NCBI RefSeq assembly: GCF_009914755.1
Contig: NC_060928.1
From: the human T2T-CHM13v2.0 reference genome, Homo sapiens
Reading direction: 5' to 3' (one strand)
DNA: 64,000 bases
Each line of letters opens with the position of its first letter. Position 1 is the first letter of the stretch. The position numbers and the translations under genes were made by a program. Of the stretch, positions 15,142 through 28,028 are shown piece by piece. The notes under the pieces were generated by a model. The model made no database searches. It was not told the DNA's origin and worked only from the letters and a program-made list of their open reading frames with translations.

Positions 15142-16015
15142 ATATATACAATAAATTGTTAACTCTAGCCACCTACAATGCTATATAGAACACTAGAATT
15201 TATTCCACTTGTCTGTCTATAATTTTGTATCTGTGAACCAATCTCTACCTATACCCCCCTCCCTCCTACACTTCTCAGCCTTTAGTAATCACTATTCTAC
15301 TTTCTACTCCTATGAGATCAGCTTTTTTAGCGTCGACATATGAGTGAGAACATGTGGTATTTATCTTTCTGTGCTTGGCTAATTTCACTAACCATTAATG
15401 TCCTCCAGCCTTAGCCATGTTGCTGTGAGTGACAGGATTTCATTCTTTTTATGGCAGAATAGTATTCCATTGTGTATATACACCACATTTACTTTATCCA
15501 TCCATCTGTTGATAGACACAGGTTTATTCCATATCTTGGCTACTGTGAATAGTGCTGTAATAAACATGGCAATGCAGATATCTCTTTGACATTCTGATTT
15601 TCTTTCCTATGGAAAAATACTCAGTACTGGGATTGCTGTGTCATATGGTGGTTCTATTTTTAGTTTTTGAGGAACATCCATACTGTTTCCTATAATAGCT
15701 GTCCTAATTTACATCTTCACCAACAGTGTATGAGTCCCCCTTTCTCTGGACCTTTGCCAGCATTTGCTATTTTTTGTCTTTTTGATAATAGCCATTCTAA
15801 CTGGGGTGAGATGCTATCTCATTGTGGGTTTGATTTGCATTTCCTTGAAGATTAATGATGTTGAACATTTTTTGTAAACTTGATCATTTGCATGTCTTCT
15901 TTTGAGATGTCTATTCAGATCATTTGCCCACTTTAAAATCAGATTATTATTATTATTATTTTGCTATTGAGTTTTTTTAGTTTGTTGTATGTTCTGGATA
16001 TTAATCTCTTGTCAG

Positions 16016-16308
16016 TGGCTAGGTGCAGTGGCTGACACCTGTAATCCCAGCATTTTGAGAGGTGGAGGTGAGAGAATAGCTTGAGGCCAGGAATTTGAGA
16101 TCAGCCTGGGCAACACAGTGAGACCCCGTCTCTACAATTTTTTTTTTATATCAGCTGGGTATGGTGGTGCATATCTGTAGTTCTAACTATTTGTAAGGCT
16201 GAAGCAGAAGGATCACTTGAGCTCAGAAGTTTGAAGCTGCAGTGAGCTATGATCACTGCACTCTAGCCTGGGTGACAGTGACACCCTGCTCAAAAAAAAA
16301 AAAAAAAA
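16016..16308 (+). mobile_element. Alu (J-like) inside L1
   Basis: Dimer, TSD aat..cttgtcag. Confidence 0.88.
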
Positions 16309-18417
16309 TTCCCTTGTCAGATGATTAGTCTGCAAAAATCTTTTCCCATTCTGCAGGTTGTCTCTTTAATCCATTTATTGTTTTCTGTGCTGTGCAGAAG
16401 CATTTTAGTTATATATGATTCCATTTGTTTATTTTTGCTTTTGTTTCCTGTGCTTTTAAGGTCTAATTCATAAATTTTTTGCTCAGAACAATGTCCTGAA
16501 GCATTTCTCCTATTTTCTTCTAGTAGTTTCATAGTTTTGGGTTTTTAAAGAAGACCAATGTCCTGAAACATTCCCTCTATTTTCTTCTAGTAGTTTCATT
16601 GTTTTGGGTTTTTCATTTAAGTCTTTAATCTGTGTTGAATTGATTTTTATACTAAGGATCTAGTCTCATTTTTCTGCACATGGATATCTAGTTTTTCCAG
16701 TACCATTTATTGAAGATACTGTCCTTTTTCTCATTGAATGTTTTTGGCACCTTTGTAAAAAATCAGTTGGCTTTAAATACATGGATTTATTTCTGCATTG
16801 TCTATTCTGTTTCATTGGTCTATTTTTCTTTTTATGCCAATATCAAGCTGTTTTGGTTAATATAGTTTTGTAGCATATTTTGAAGTCAGGTAGTGTGATG
16901 CCTACAGCTTTGTTCTTTTTGTTCAAGAATCATATGGTTTTTGTTTTTCATTCTGTTGATGTGATGTATCACATTTATGAATTTGCATATATTGAGCCAT
17001 CTTTGCATTCCTGGGATAAATCCAACTTGATCATGGTGTATATTTTTTATGTGCTGTTGAATTTGGTTTGCTAGTATTTGTTGAGGATTTTTGGATCTTT
17101 GTTAATCAGATATTTTGGCCTATACTTTTCTATTTTTTATTGTGACTTTGTCCGGTTGTATTATCAGAGCAATGCTGGCCTCATACAATGATTTTGGAAG
17201 AATTCTCTCCATTTTAACTTTTTGGAATAGTTTGAGAAGCAGTGAAATTAGTTCTTTTTAAATAATTTTGTAGGATTCAGGAGTGAAGTCATTTGTGCCT
17301 GGTCTTTTCTTTATTGGGAGATGTTTTATTACTGGTTCAGTCTGGTTACTTGTAATTATTCTGTTCAGGTTTTTCATTTCTTCTTGGTTCAGTCTTGGTA
17401 GGTGGTATGTGTCCAGAAATTTATCCATTTCTGTTAGGTTTTTCTAACAGAAATTAGGAAGTAGAGTTGTTCATAATAGTTTCTAATGATCCTTTGTATT
17501 TCTGTGCTATCAGTTGTAATGTCTTTTTTTTCACTTCTGATTTTATATATTTGGGTTTTTTCTCTTTTTTCTTAGTCTAGCTATTCCTTTTCAAATTTTG
17601 TTTATTGTTTCAAAAAAGCAGCTTTTTGTTTCATCTTTTTTTTTTGCATTTTTTTGGTCTTAATTTCATTTATATTTGCTCTGATATTATTATTTTCTTC
17701 TACTAATTTTGGGTTTGGTTTGTTCTTGCTTTTCTAGTTCCTTGGGGTGCATTGTTATTTATTTGAAATCTTTCTACTTTTTTTGATGTATGTGTTTACT
17801 GATGTAAACTTCCCTCTTAATACTGCTTTTGCTGTATCCTATAGGTTTTGGGTGTTGTGTTTCCACTTTTATTTGTTTAAATAAATTTTTAAATTTTCTC
17901 CTTAATTTCATCATTCACTCATTGGTCATTCAGGTGCATGTTGTTTCATTTCCATGTATTTGTACAGCTTCTAAAGTTCCTCTTGTTGTTGATTTTTAGT
18001 TTTATTCCATTGCGGTCAGAACAGATACTAGATGAGATTTTGGTTTTTAAAAATCTGTTGAGACTTTTTTTGTGGCCTAATGCATGGTCAGTCATAGAGA
18101 ATGTTCCATGTGCTGATGAGAAGAATATGTATTTTACAGCTGTTGAATGAAATGTTCTTAATGTCTGTTAAGTCTTTTGGTTGTAGTATGTTTAAATTGG
18201 ATGTTTCTTTGTTGATTTTCTGCCTAGATGATCTCTTCAACGCTGAGAGTGGGGTCTTGAAGTCCCCAACTACTATTTTATTGGAGCCTATCTCTCCTTT
18301 TAGATCTAATAATATTTGCTTTATATATCTGGGTACTCTAGGGTTGGGTACATATACATTTATAATTGTTATATCCTGTTGCAAAATTTATCCATTTATC
18401 AGTAAATAATAACCTTC

Positions 18418-18707
18418 TTTTTTTTTTTTTAGACGGAGTCTCGCTCTGTTGCCAGGCTGGTGTGCAGCGGTGCGCTTGGCTGATTGCAACCTTTGACTCC
18501 CAGATTCAAGCGATTCTCCTGCCTCAGCTTCCTGAGTAGCTGGGATTACAGGCACGCGCCACCATGCCCAGTTAATTTTTGTATTTTTAGTAGAGACGGG
18601 GTTTCACCATGTTGACCAGGATGGTCTTGATCTCCTGACCTCATGATCCACCTGCCTCAGCCTCCCAAAGTGCTGGGATTACAGGCATGAGCCACCATGG
18701 CTGGCCC
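18418..18707 (-). mobile_element. Alu (S-like) inside L1
   Basis: Poly-T then antisense dimer. Confidence 0.9.
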
Positions 18708-19662
18708 TTTGTCCCTTTTTTTAAAATAGTTTTTTTACCTAATGCCTATTTTATCAGATATAACTATAGCTATTCCTGCCCACTTTTGGTTTCTGTGTAG
18801 AATATCTTTTTCTATCCCTTCACTTTTGATTTATGTGTATTTTACAGGTGAAGTGAGTTTCTTGTAGACAGTATATGGTTGGGTCATTTAAAAAAATCCA
18901 TTCAGCCAGTGTATATCTTTTGATTAGGGGATTTAATCTGTTTAAGTTCAAGATTATTATTGACAGGTGAGGACTTTATTCCTGTCATCTTGTCAATCAT
19001 TTTCTAATTGCTTTGTATAGCCCCTGTTCTTTTCTTTCTCTCTTATCATTTATCTTTGAAGTTTAGTGGTTTTATGTGGTGATAAGATTTGATTTATTTC
19101 TCTTTCTCCTTTGTATGTCTGGTGTATCAGTGAGTTTTATGCTTTCATGTTCTTTCATGTGTTTTCATGATGCTAGTTATTGTTCTTTTGCTGCCAGATG
19201 TAGAACTCCCTTAAGCATTTACTTTAAGGCAAGCCTAGTGTTGATGAATTCTCTCAGTTTTTGCTTTTCTGGGAAAGGGTTTGTGGACTTCATTTTTCAA
19301 GGATAGCTTTCCTGGGTATAGTATTCTTGGCTGGCAGTTTTTTTTTTTTCTTAATGCACTTTAACTATGTTGCCTCATTCTCTTTGCCCTGTAAGGTTTC
19401 TGCCAATAACTATGCTATTAGTCTAATGGAAATTCCCTTGTATGTGACTTGATATTTTTCTCTTGTTGTTTTTAGAATTCTCTTTGTCTTTGACTTTTGA
19501 CAGTTTGACTATATGCACCTTGCAGAGGACCTTTTTGGGTTGAATCTATTTGGGAATCTCTGAGTTCCTTGGATCTGGATGTCTCTATCCCTCCCAAGAC
19601 CTTGGAAGTTTTCAGCTATTAATTTATGAAATAGGTTTTCTATGTATTTTCCCATCTCTTCT

Positions 19663-20098
19663 TGCTATAGTTTGGATATTTGTCTTCCCCAAATTTTATG
19701 TTGAAATGTGACCCATCCCCACTAATGTTGGAGGTGGCGCCTATTGGAAGTTGTCTGGTTAGTGGGGGTGATCCCTCATGAATGGCTTCGTCCCCTTCCC
19801 ATGGTAATGAATGATGGCTTGGTCCCCTTCCCATGGTAATGGATGAGTTCTTACTCTATTAGTTCATACAAGAGCTGGTTGTTTAAGGCATGGCACTCCT
19901 CCCATTGCTTTTTTGCTCCCTCTCTCACCATGTGACATGCTGGCACCCTTTGCCTTCCACCATTAGTAAAAGCTTCTTGAGGTTGTCACCAAAAGTAGAT
20001 GCAGGTATCATGCTTCTTGTACAGCAATAAACCCCTTTTCTTTATAAAAGACCCAGCCGCAGGTATTTATTTACAGCAACGCGAAATGGACTTACACA
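19663..20098 (+). mobile_element. MST-family solo LTR inside L1
   Basis: TG...CA termini (tgctatagtttgg...cttacaca), perfect 5-bp TSD cttct, internal AATAAA. Confidence 0.85.
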
Positions 20099-21831
20099 CT
20101 TCTCCTTTTGAAATTCTCATAATGTGAATTTTTATTTTGCTTTATGATGCCCTGTAAATCCTGTAGTCTTTCTTCATTCTGTTTTATTCTTTTGTTTTTG
20201 TTGTTGTCTGCCTGGGTCATATCAAAAGACCTGTCTTCAAGTTTAGAAATTCTTCTGCTTGCTCTGGTCTTTTGTTGAAGGTCTCGGTTGTATTTCTTAT
20301 TTCATTCATTGAGTTCTTAAGCTCCAAGATTTCTGTTTGTTTCTTTTATTCTATCTATCTCTTTGTTAAATTTCCTATTCAGATCACGAAGTGTTTTCCT
20401 GATTTTGTTGAATTGTCTATATGTATCCTCTTGCATCTCACCAAGTTTTCTTAAACTCATTATTTTGAATTTCTTTTTTGGCATCTTGTAAATTGTTTTT
20501 GGTGGGGGAGCTGGTATTGGAGAATTATTATGTTCTTTTGGAAGTGTCATGTTTCCTTGCATTTTCATTTTCTTGTATCTCTATGTTGATACCTGTGTAT
20601 CTGCTGAAACAATTGCCTCTTCCAATTTTATGGAGTACCTTTGGTAGGGAGAGTCATTCCTGTAGGTGAGTCATATGGTGTCAATGGGTAAGTTGAGTTG
20701 GCCTTGGTTCTGGGTGGACACAGTAGTGTAGTCTGTTAACCTGTTAAGATTCTTTGGCTATAATCCACATTAATGATCTTTGTGAGTACCTCAGTGGCCT
20801 AGGCTGTGAGAATCTATGGTGGCAGTGGTGCATCTTTGCGGGGATGGGACCATTGAGCTTTTTCTCTGGCCAGAGGCATAAGTGTGCAGTGGGTTGGTTG
20901 GTTTGGTGACTGGCTTGCTGGGGGTGAATTTTCCATGCAGTTTCGCTGGCCATGGGTGCAGGGATACAGATGCTTGGTGGACCTGGGAGTGGGTCCACCA
21001 GGAATGTTTCTGCTGGAGGTGGGTTCACCTTGTTGCTTCTCCAGCTGGGACATGGATGTGCAGTAGTTCGGTGGCTTGTCTCAGGGGCAGGTTTGTCAGG
21101 CTGTTTCTTTGGTAGTGAGTGCCAAGAAGGGGGACTTTCTGGGGGAAGGTCCATTGGACTATTTAGTTCAGCCAGCCAAGGGTTGGCTTTCCTGCTGTGC
21201 AATGCTGAAGTCATGGCTGTTCCTGGCCCCATGCTCCAAGCAGACAGCGTTGTGGTATTGCAGCCACCTGTGTGGACTTGGTAAAATAATGGCAGAGACT
21301 CAAGGCTGGAGACATGCAGTGGCTGCTGGACCCCAGAGCAGGGTGGACTCTAGCAGTGGTTCCAGTTTCAAGATGGCACAGTCCTGCAGTAGCTTGGCTC
21401 ACTGGGGTTGATTGGGGTGGGGAGTGCACACCTTGTGTTCCTACTCTGGAGTAACGCAGCTATGTTAATTCCAAGCAGCTCCGCAAACTGGGCTAAGGGC
21501 TTTTGAGGACTGTGGGATTCTTCTATAGTAAGTACTACAGGAATCTGCAGTGGCAGTTCAGGCATGTGGGGGCCTTCTGCTTACCTTTTTCCCATATGGA
21601 GAAGTCCCTCCTGGATCTGAGCCAATCTCAATGGGAGAGATGGGGTGGCAGGGGCAGGGTGCCTTGCTCCCCTCTTTTTGCTGACATCCTGGGCTTCTGT
21701 GCTCCACAGGGATTTCACCAGTCCCTTTCTGCACTCCAGTGCTGTCCCTCAGACACTACAGTTGAATGTTAGTTGTTATTTGTTGTTTTGGTTGTTTTTT
21801 GTTGGGAGGGATATGTGCCAGGCAACTCTAG

Positions 21832-22161
<330 letters not shown>

Positions 22162-22400
22162 TTATTTCTCATTTGTAAGAGTTATATCTAATTCTTTTTC
22201 AAATGTGATTACTCTCACATAGTTTTGAAGTACCTTATGCTTATTGATTTTATGTTTTTCCCAACAACTCCAAAATCTTATATCTTTTGAGGGTCTGGGT
22301 CTATCTTTTCTGCTGCTTCTTGTTCATAGAGTCTTTGTGTGTTTAGAGAATTTTAATAATTATCATCTTTGGAATTTTATCCTCTCTTAGACCTGGAGAG

Positions 22401-22618
22401 CAGGGATCAGCAAACCAAAGCTTGTAGGCCAAATCCTGCCCTCTGTCTGTTTTTGTAAATACAATTTTATTGCAAGACAGCATTTGTTTATATATTGCCT
22501 ATAGCTGCTTTTGCATGACAAAAGCAAAGTTGAGTAGTTGCTATAGTGACCTGCATGGCCCACAAAGCCTAAAATGTTTACTATCTGCTTCTTCATCTGA
22601 TATGGTTGCCCACCCCAG
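22401..22618 (+). mobile_element. MER58A-like hAT-Charlie MITE
   Basis: cagggatcagcaaac...gttgagtagttgc...cacaaagcctaaaatgtttactatctg...gcccacccc. Confidence 0.8.
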
Positions 22619-22911
22619 CTCTAGGGCACTATCAATCTGGTACTACTTTAAACTATATTGTTGGCTTGAGGTTATCGGGCTATGGAAATAGTGAGAATTC
22701 AGTCTGTAAATCCAAAGGTGAGCCATTGTGGTTTTGAATGATCTGTGTACTATTTTTAGATAAATCCACATTGTATTTATAAGTAATTCATTCTTTTTAA
22801 TTGCCAAGTAGTTTTAAATCTTTAGGGGAAAGTTATTTTTCCCTTTCACTTATCAGTAAGGTTTGACACAAGCAATTTGCCTTGCTTACATTTGAGATTG
22901 GAGGATGGATT

Positions 22912-23232
<321 letters not shown>

Positions 23233-24682
23233 CTTTCTACTTTACTGTTACACAGAGGTTATAGTCCTTTGATATTTCACCTTCAAAGGAAGACTGTAGT
23301 TAGACTTTCCATCTTGGGCAGGACTTCAATTTTGTTTTTTGTCCCTTAGGCCCTTAAGGCTCTAGAAACCAATGCTAGAGTTTGCCTGGTTCAGCCAATG
23401 CCTGCAAAGTAAATGACAACTGCTGGGCTCTCTGCTCTGCTTTTTCCTCTGGGAATCGATCTTCCTTTAGTCTCTGACTTGAGTAGTCCTAACTTTCTTG
23501 CTAGTTACAGAAGCATTCAAAATCATTTTCTTTTATCATATAGGAAGAGAGTGAGTTCTTGTTGCAAAAAATAAAAGTTCTAGAAGGAGACAACTTTAAA
23601 TTTAAAAAGAAGTTTCTCTGAGTGTTTTACTCTAGGTTAAAGCCATTATTTAAATATAAGGAGAAAAGCCTCTCCTTTAGAATCATTACTGTTCATTTGC
23701 AAATTAAATGCTGAAAGGTTTTGTAAGATAAAGTGATTTATAGGAGATCTGGACTAACACAGGGAAAACTGGAAGATTTTGGTGTTGGTGGAGAATACAA
23801 AAACCCGACAGCAGGAAGTCAGCTGAAAGAAGCCACCAGGTCATTGGTGTTCTTGGCATTGTGGGTGGGTGGTGAGTTTTCAGGCTGCACGTGTTACAGC
23901 CTAGGCTGAGGATCCCATCAAGGCTTTTGATGGCCCTCCATGGTCATAAATTCCTGCTATGAGCACTCCCTGCTGTTGTGAGACGCATATAGTAATTCTG
24001 GCTACTTGCTGGCCTCTTGGCTCTGTGTCCGGAAAAGATGTCTTGGAAAACTCTGAGAATAAAAAATGTATACTCTATCTTGGTGACCTAAAACATTTCA
24101 AATCCGTTTGCCCTCTAAAGCTGTGATCAGGGAGTGGATAGCTCAAAGAGCAGAACCAGTTAGTCTCCTCTCAAGGTGAAATATATATATTTCTTATACA
24201 AATAGGTGAATTTAAACTTTTTTGAGAATCTTTGACAATTGTATGTCTTGGCTTAGTTAAGATATATCCTTGCTGATTACACAAGTCAATTAGGGATCAC
24301 AGGTTAGAGTTGGGCAAGTTTTCAAATCATTGTTTCTCTAGCTTTATAAAGGAAAACACCTATATTTGGTGCTTACAATTCGTATGCTGTTCTAGGTCTG
24401 AGGACACAACAATGACAAAGGCAAAAACTCTGGGCTATGGAAATCCACTGAAGCAGGTGGAAAATAAAAACAAAATCAAGAAACATGTTTGGACGAAAAC
24501 ATCATAGGGGATTTAGAGTGCCTTTGAACATTTTTCATGTAAGTTTGGGATAGTAAATGCCTAAGCACTCTTCTGAAAGAGTTTACAGAAAAGTATACTT
24601 CCTTTACAACTAAAGTATAGTGTCAATGGAATCAAGCTCTGTGACTAGGAGCCGGGAGTGGAGCTGACATCTATGGAATGCA

Positions 24683-24728
24683 CACGTGACAGTGCTCATG
24701 TGCTGAGTCACCTGTGGGGTTGACCTTG
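24683..24728. promoter_or_regulatory. Candidate enhancer motif cluster (E-box, ARE/AP-1, NR5A/ERR site)
   Basis: CACGTGAC 24683-24690, TGCTGAGTCAC 24701-24711, TGACCTTG 24721-24728 in apparently unique DNA. Confidence 0.35.
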
Positions 24729-25499
24729 GTTCAAAGCCTGTTTTTCATTGCAATCATTCTTTGATACAGGCAGCCCTGATGTCTGTTGCTAAATTAAGCA
24801 CAAGTGAACCTGTCAAACGTCCTAACTGGAAGGAATTTTCAGTGCTGGTTATTTGTAAGGCAGGTTCTGAAACTGTTCCTGCAGAACCGAATTTTTTTTA
24901 GGATAGGCAGAGAAATGACTTTGGAAATCCTGTTCTATCCAGTCAGTTCTCCAGATTTTTGGTTAACAATGGAATGATGAATGAAATACCATAGCTTCAC
25001 CTAGTAAATTCCTTGGTCCAAAAGCTCTCTTTGGAAACTGCTTCTGTTTAACAGTTATCCTCTTTAGGCATTTACACATATTTTATAAAATACATACTAT
25101 AATTCAGGCTCTGTTAGTCTTGAGGTTCTTTGCTGCCCAAGGCAGGAACTTGCCATTCAGGAGCTTAGAAAAATCTGGAAGTAGAGACAAACACCACTAA
25201 CCACAAGAGGAAGTGGCGAGGCCCTGTTTTCCAGCCCAGGAACAAAGTGCTGTGGGAGTGTAGAGAGGTGATAAATGTTGGGTGGAAGGGTGTGTAGAAG
25301 GGAGGACATGAGTGTGCCTTGAGGAATGACTAAGTGCTCTCCAGTGAAGTCAGGAAACGTGCAGGTGATTCCTTGTTCTGTGCATATACTGTCCTTCCCA
25401 ATTCCCATACCCTTGAGAAAACAAAACAAAACCAAACCAAATAGGAGAGGGTTGTTTATAATCGCAGACCTTTTTGACTCCGAAATGCCCCATGTTCTT

Positions 25500-26125
25500 A
25501 TTTTGGAGCCATTTACCACTTCCCCAGCATCACTTCCCTAGCCCAAGCCATCATCATTTCTTACAGGGCTATAGTAACTCTTCTAATGGATCTCCCTGCC
25601 TCTTCTCTTGTTCCCCAAATAGTCTATTTGGTAAATAGAAGCTAGTGTGATAATTTCAACTCATAAATTGACTCATTTTGCTCCCACTATCAGAACTCTT
25701 CAGTGGCTTCCCATTACACAGAGGATAAAGATTAAATTCCTTACCCCAGTATTCGAAGCCTTGAAACAATCTGACCACTGATCAGTCTTCTAGCCTGATT
25801 TCTATCATGCTTTCCCTGGCTCAAACTCCTGCAGTACTCTGGCCCTTTTGTTCTTTTTTTGAAACCACTATGAATTTTTGTGCTCAGGGCCTTGGCACTT
25901 GCTACTTCAGCTTGGAATGATCTCCTAGATATTTGCAAAGCTCCTTTTTCTTCATTTGTCTGCCCAAATATCCCCTCCTCACAGGAGTTCCCTGGCCATC
26001 CCACCTAATAGAGTAGCTCCTGCCACTCCCTATCTCCCATCCTGCTTTTTTCCCATTAGTACTTATTTTTGAACATTATTTGTTAGTTTTACACACCCCC
26101 ACCACACTATAAGCTTGATCAATAT
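25500..26125. mobile_element. L2 fragment
   Basis: Typical L2 motifs (ccaagccatcatcatttctt..., ctcagggccttggcacttgct..., cttcagtggcttcccatt). Confidence 0.7.
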
Positions 26126-26407
26126 TTGCCAAAGAACAGGCAAATTTGTGATCATTCCTCAATTCTTCCTTGACTTACATGCCCTTAACAATTTTGAGAA
26201 TTACAGGCCAGGCATTTTTTTAGTAGCTCCTTTAATTTGATGTTTCTGATGTTTTCTCATGGTTAGTTTCAGGTTATGCATCTTTGACAGGAAAAACAAG
26301 AAGTGATTGATGCTCAGTGCCCTTTTCATTGTGTCCTATTAGGAGGTGCATACTTTTGATTTGCCCCATGACTGAAGCACAGTACTCTGGGTGCTTGATT
26401 AAGGTGG

Positions 26408-26790
26408 TGATATGGTTTGGAGCTGTGTCCCCTACCCCAAATCTCATATTCAGTTGTAATCCTCAGTGTTGGAGGTGGGGCCTGGTGGGAGGTGATTGGA
26501 TTGGTAGTAAGTCTCATGAGATCTTATGGTTTTAAAAAGGGTTTTCCCTTTCACTTCATCTTCTTGCTGTGTCCTCATATGGTTGTCCCCCAGTCTGTGT
26601 GTTTTCTGTGTCCTAATCTCCTTTTTTTTACAAGAACACCAGTCATATTGGATTAGGACCCATGCATATGACCTCATTCTACCTTAATCACCATCTTAAA
26701 GGCCCTATCTCCAAACAGTGACAGTTTGAGGTACTGGGAGTTAGGACCTCAACATACAAATTTTTTGGGTACACAATTTAGCACATAATA
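26408..26790. mobile_element. Hybrid MaLR LTR: MST/THE1-like 5' piece (+) joined to MLT1-like piece (-)
   Basis: Starts tgatatggtttgg, ends ...tttagcacataata; ggtgg on both sides; sits in an old L1MC-like fragment. Confidence 0.6.
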
Positions 26791-26891
26791 GGTGGTGTCT
26801 GCCTGGCTTTTCCGTGGTAAACTTACTCTTTTCTCCTTCATTAGTGAATGAGTCATTTGGAGGGAGATACTTTGAAACTACACAAGTATCT

Positions 26892-27017
26892 GATATGGTT
26901 TTGCTGTGTCCCCACCCAAATCTCATCTTGAATTCTAGCTCCCATAATTTCCATGTGTGGTGGGAGGGACCCGGTGGGAGATAATCTAATCATGGGAGTG
27001 GTTTTCCCCCATACTGT
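26892..27017 (+). mobile_element. THE1-like LTR 5' fragment
   Basis: tgatatggttttgctgtgtccccacccaaatctcatcttgaatt... truncated after ~125 nt. Confidence 0.75.
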
Positions 27018-27562
27018 CCATTTCCAATCCAATATTACAGGTTCATTTTAATTTTCTCCCTCTTTATATTTGTAAGTCCCCTCTCAAACAGTGAGGAGCC
27101 TTGTTCCCTATCTTTGATATATTTACTTATTTGTAACCAGTCTCAATGGCTTTGCACTCTCCCCATATAGATGCCTTCCTCACCTCACTTAGTGTCTACT
27201 TTATGGAGGACCACTCCCTTCCATGAATGCCTTTCTTACCCTGCACAGGAGAGGCCACTCCTTCCTGTGGATCCTCCCATTACCACTCTAGGCTTGACTC
27301 CCCACACCAGGCTGTCCCGTCCCAATGAAGATATCCTCCTCACTTAATGCAGGCTCTGTCACCTCACCTGTTTGGGTTCCAATGCCCTGCATTGGGCAGC
27401 CTTCCTCTGAGGATGGTCTCACCATGCACAGGCTCCACCATGCACAGACCCTGCTCTGGGCCACCAGTGCTTCCCATCACCAGTGTGGAGGCCCACCTTG
27501 CTCTGCCCACCTATGGCTTTAGGACTGAAGTATTCAAGGAAGGGGAAAAAGAGATCATGCCA

Positions 27563-27883
27563 CTGGCTGTTGCCCAGGCTGGAGTGGGCACTGGCACTAT
27601 CTTGGCTCACTTGCAGCCTTAACTTCTTGGGCTCAGGTAATCCTCCTGCCTCAGCCTCCAGAGTAATTGGGACCACAGGCATGTGCTGCTATGCCTGGCT
27701 AATTTTTGTATTTTTGGTAGAGATGGGGTCTCACTCTGTTGCCCAGGCTGGTCTTGAACTCCTGGGCTCAAGTGATCTGTCTGCCTCAGCCTCCCAAAGT
27801 GCTGAGATTGCAGGTGGGAGCCACCATGCCTGCCTCAGCCTCCCAAAGTGCTGAGATTGCAGGTAGGAGGCACCATGCATGGC
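27563..27883 (-). mobile_element. Alu (J-like) with tandem duplication of ~50 nt of its 5' end
   Basis: ctgcctcagcctcccaaagtgctgagattgcaggt occurs twice in tandem. Confidence 0.85.
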
Positions 27884-28028
27884 TTTTATTTTTGTTTTTG
27901 ATTTGTGGTTAGAGTATATCTTTTATTCAACCTTTACTTTCAATTGTACATGTTTCTTTAAATTACACATAGATAAGCATGCATATTTAAGACATAGTCT
28001 CTTTTAATAACCAGTTCACTTTCCTGAA

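Noticed and set aside
16489-16613. 58-bp tandem duplication (period 67) inside L1
   Set aside because: Ordinary tandem duplication in a dead element; similar ones at ~4908, ~19780 and ~27780.
20744-21772. Dense overlapping ORFs in GC-richer DNA
   Set aside because: Corresponds to the decayed L1 5' UTR; no recognisable protein.
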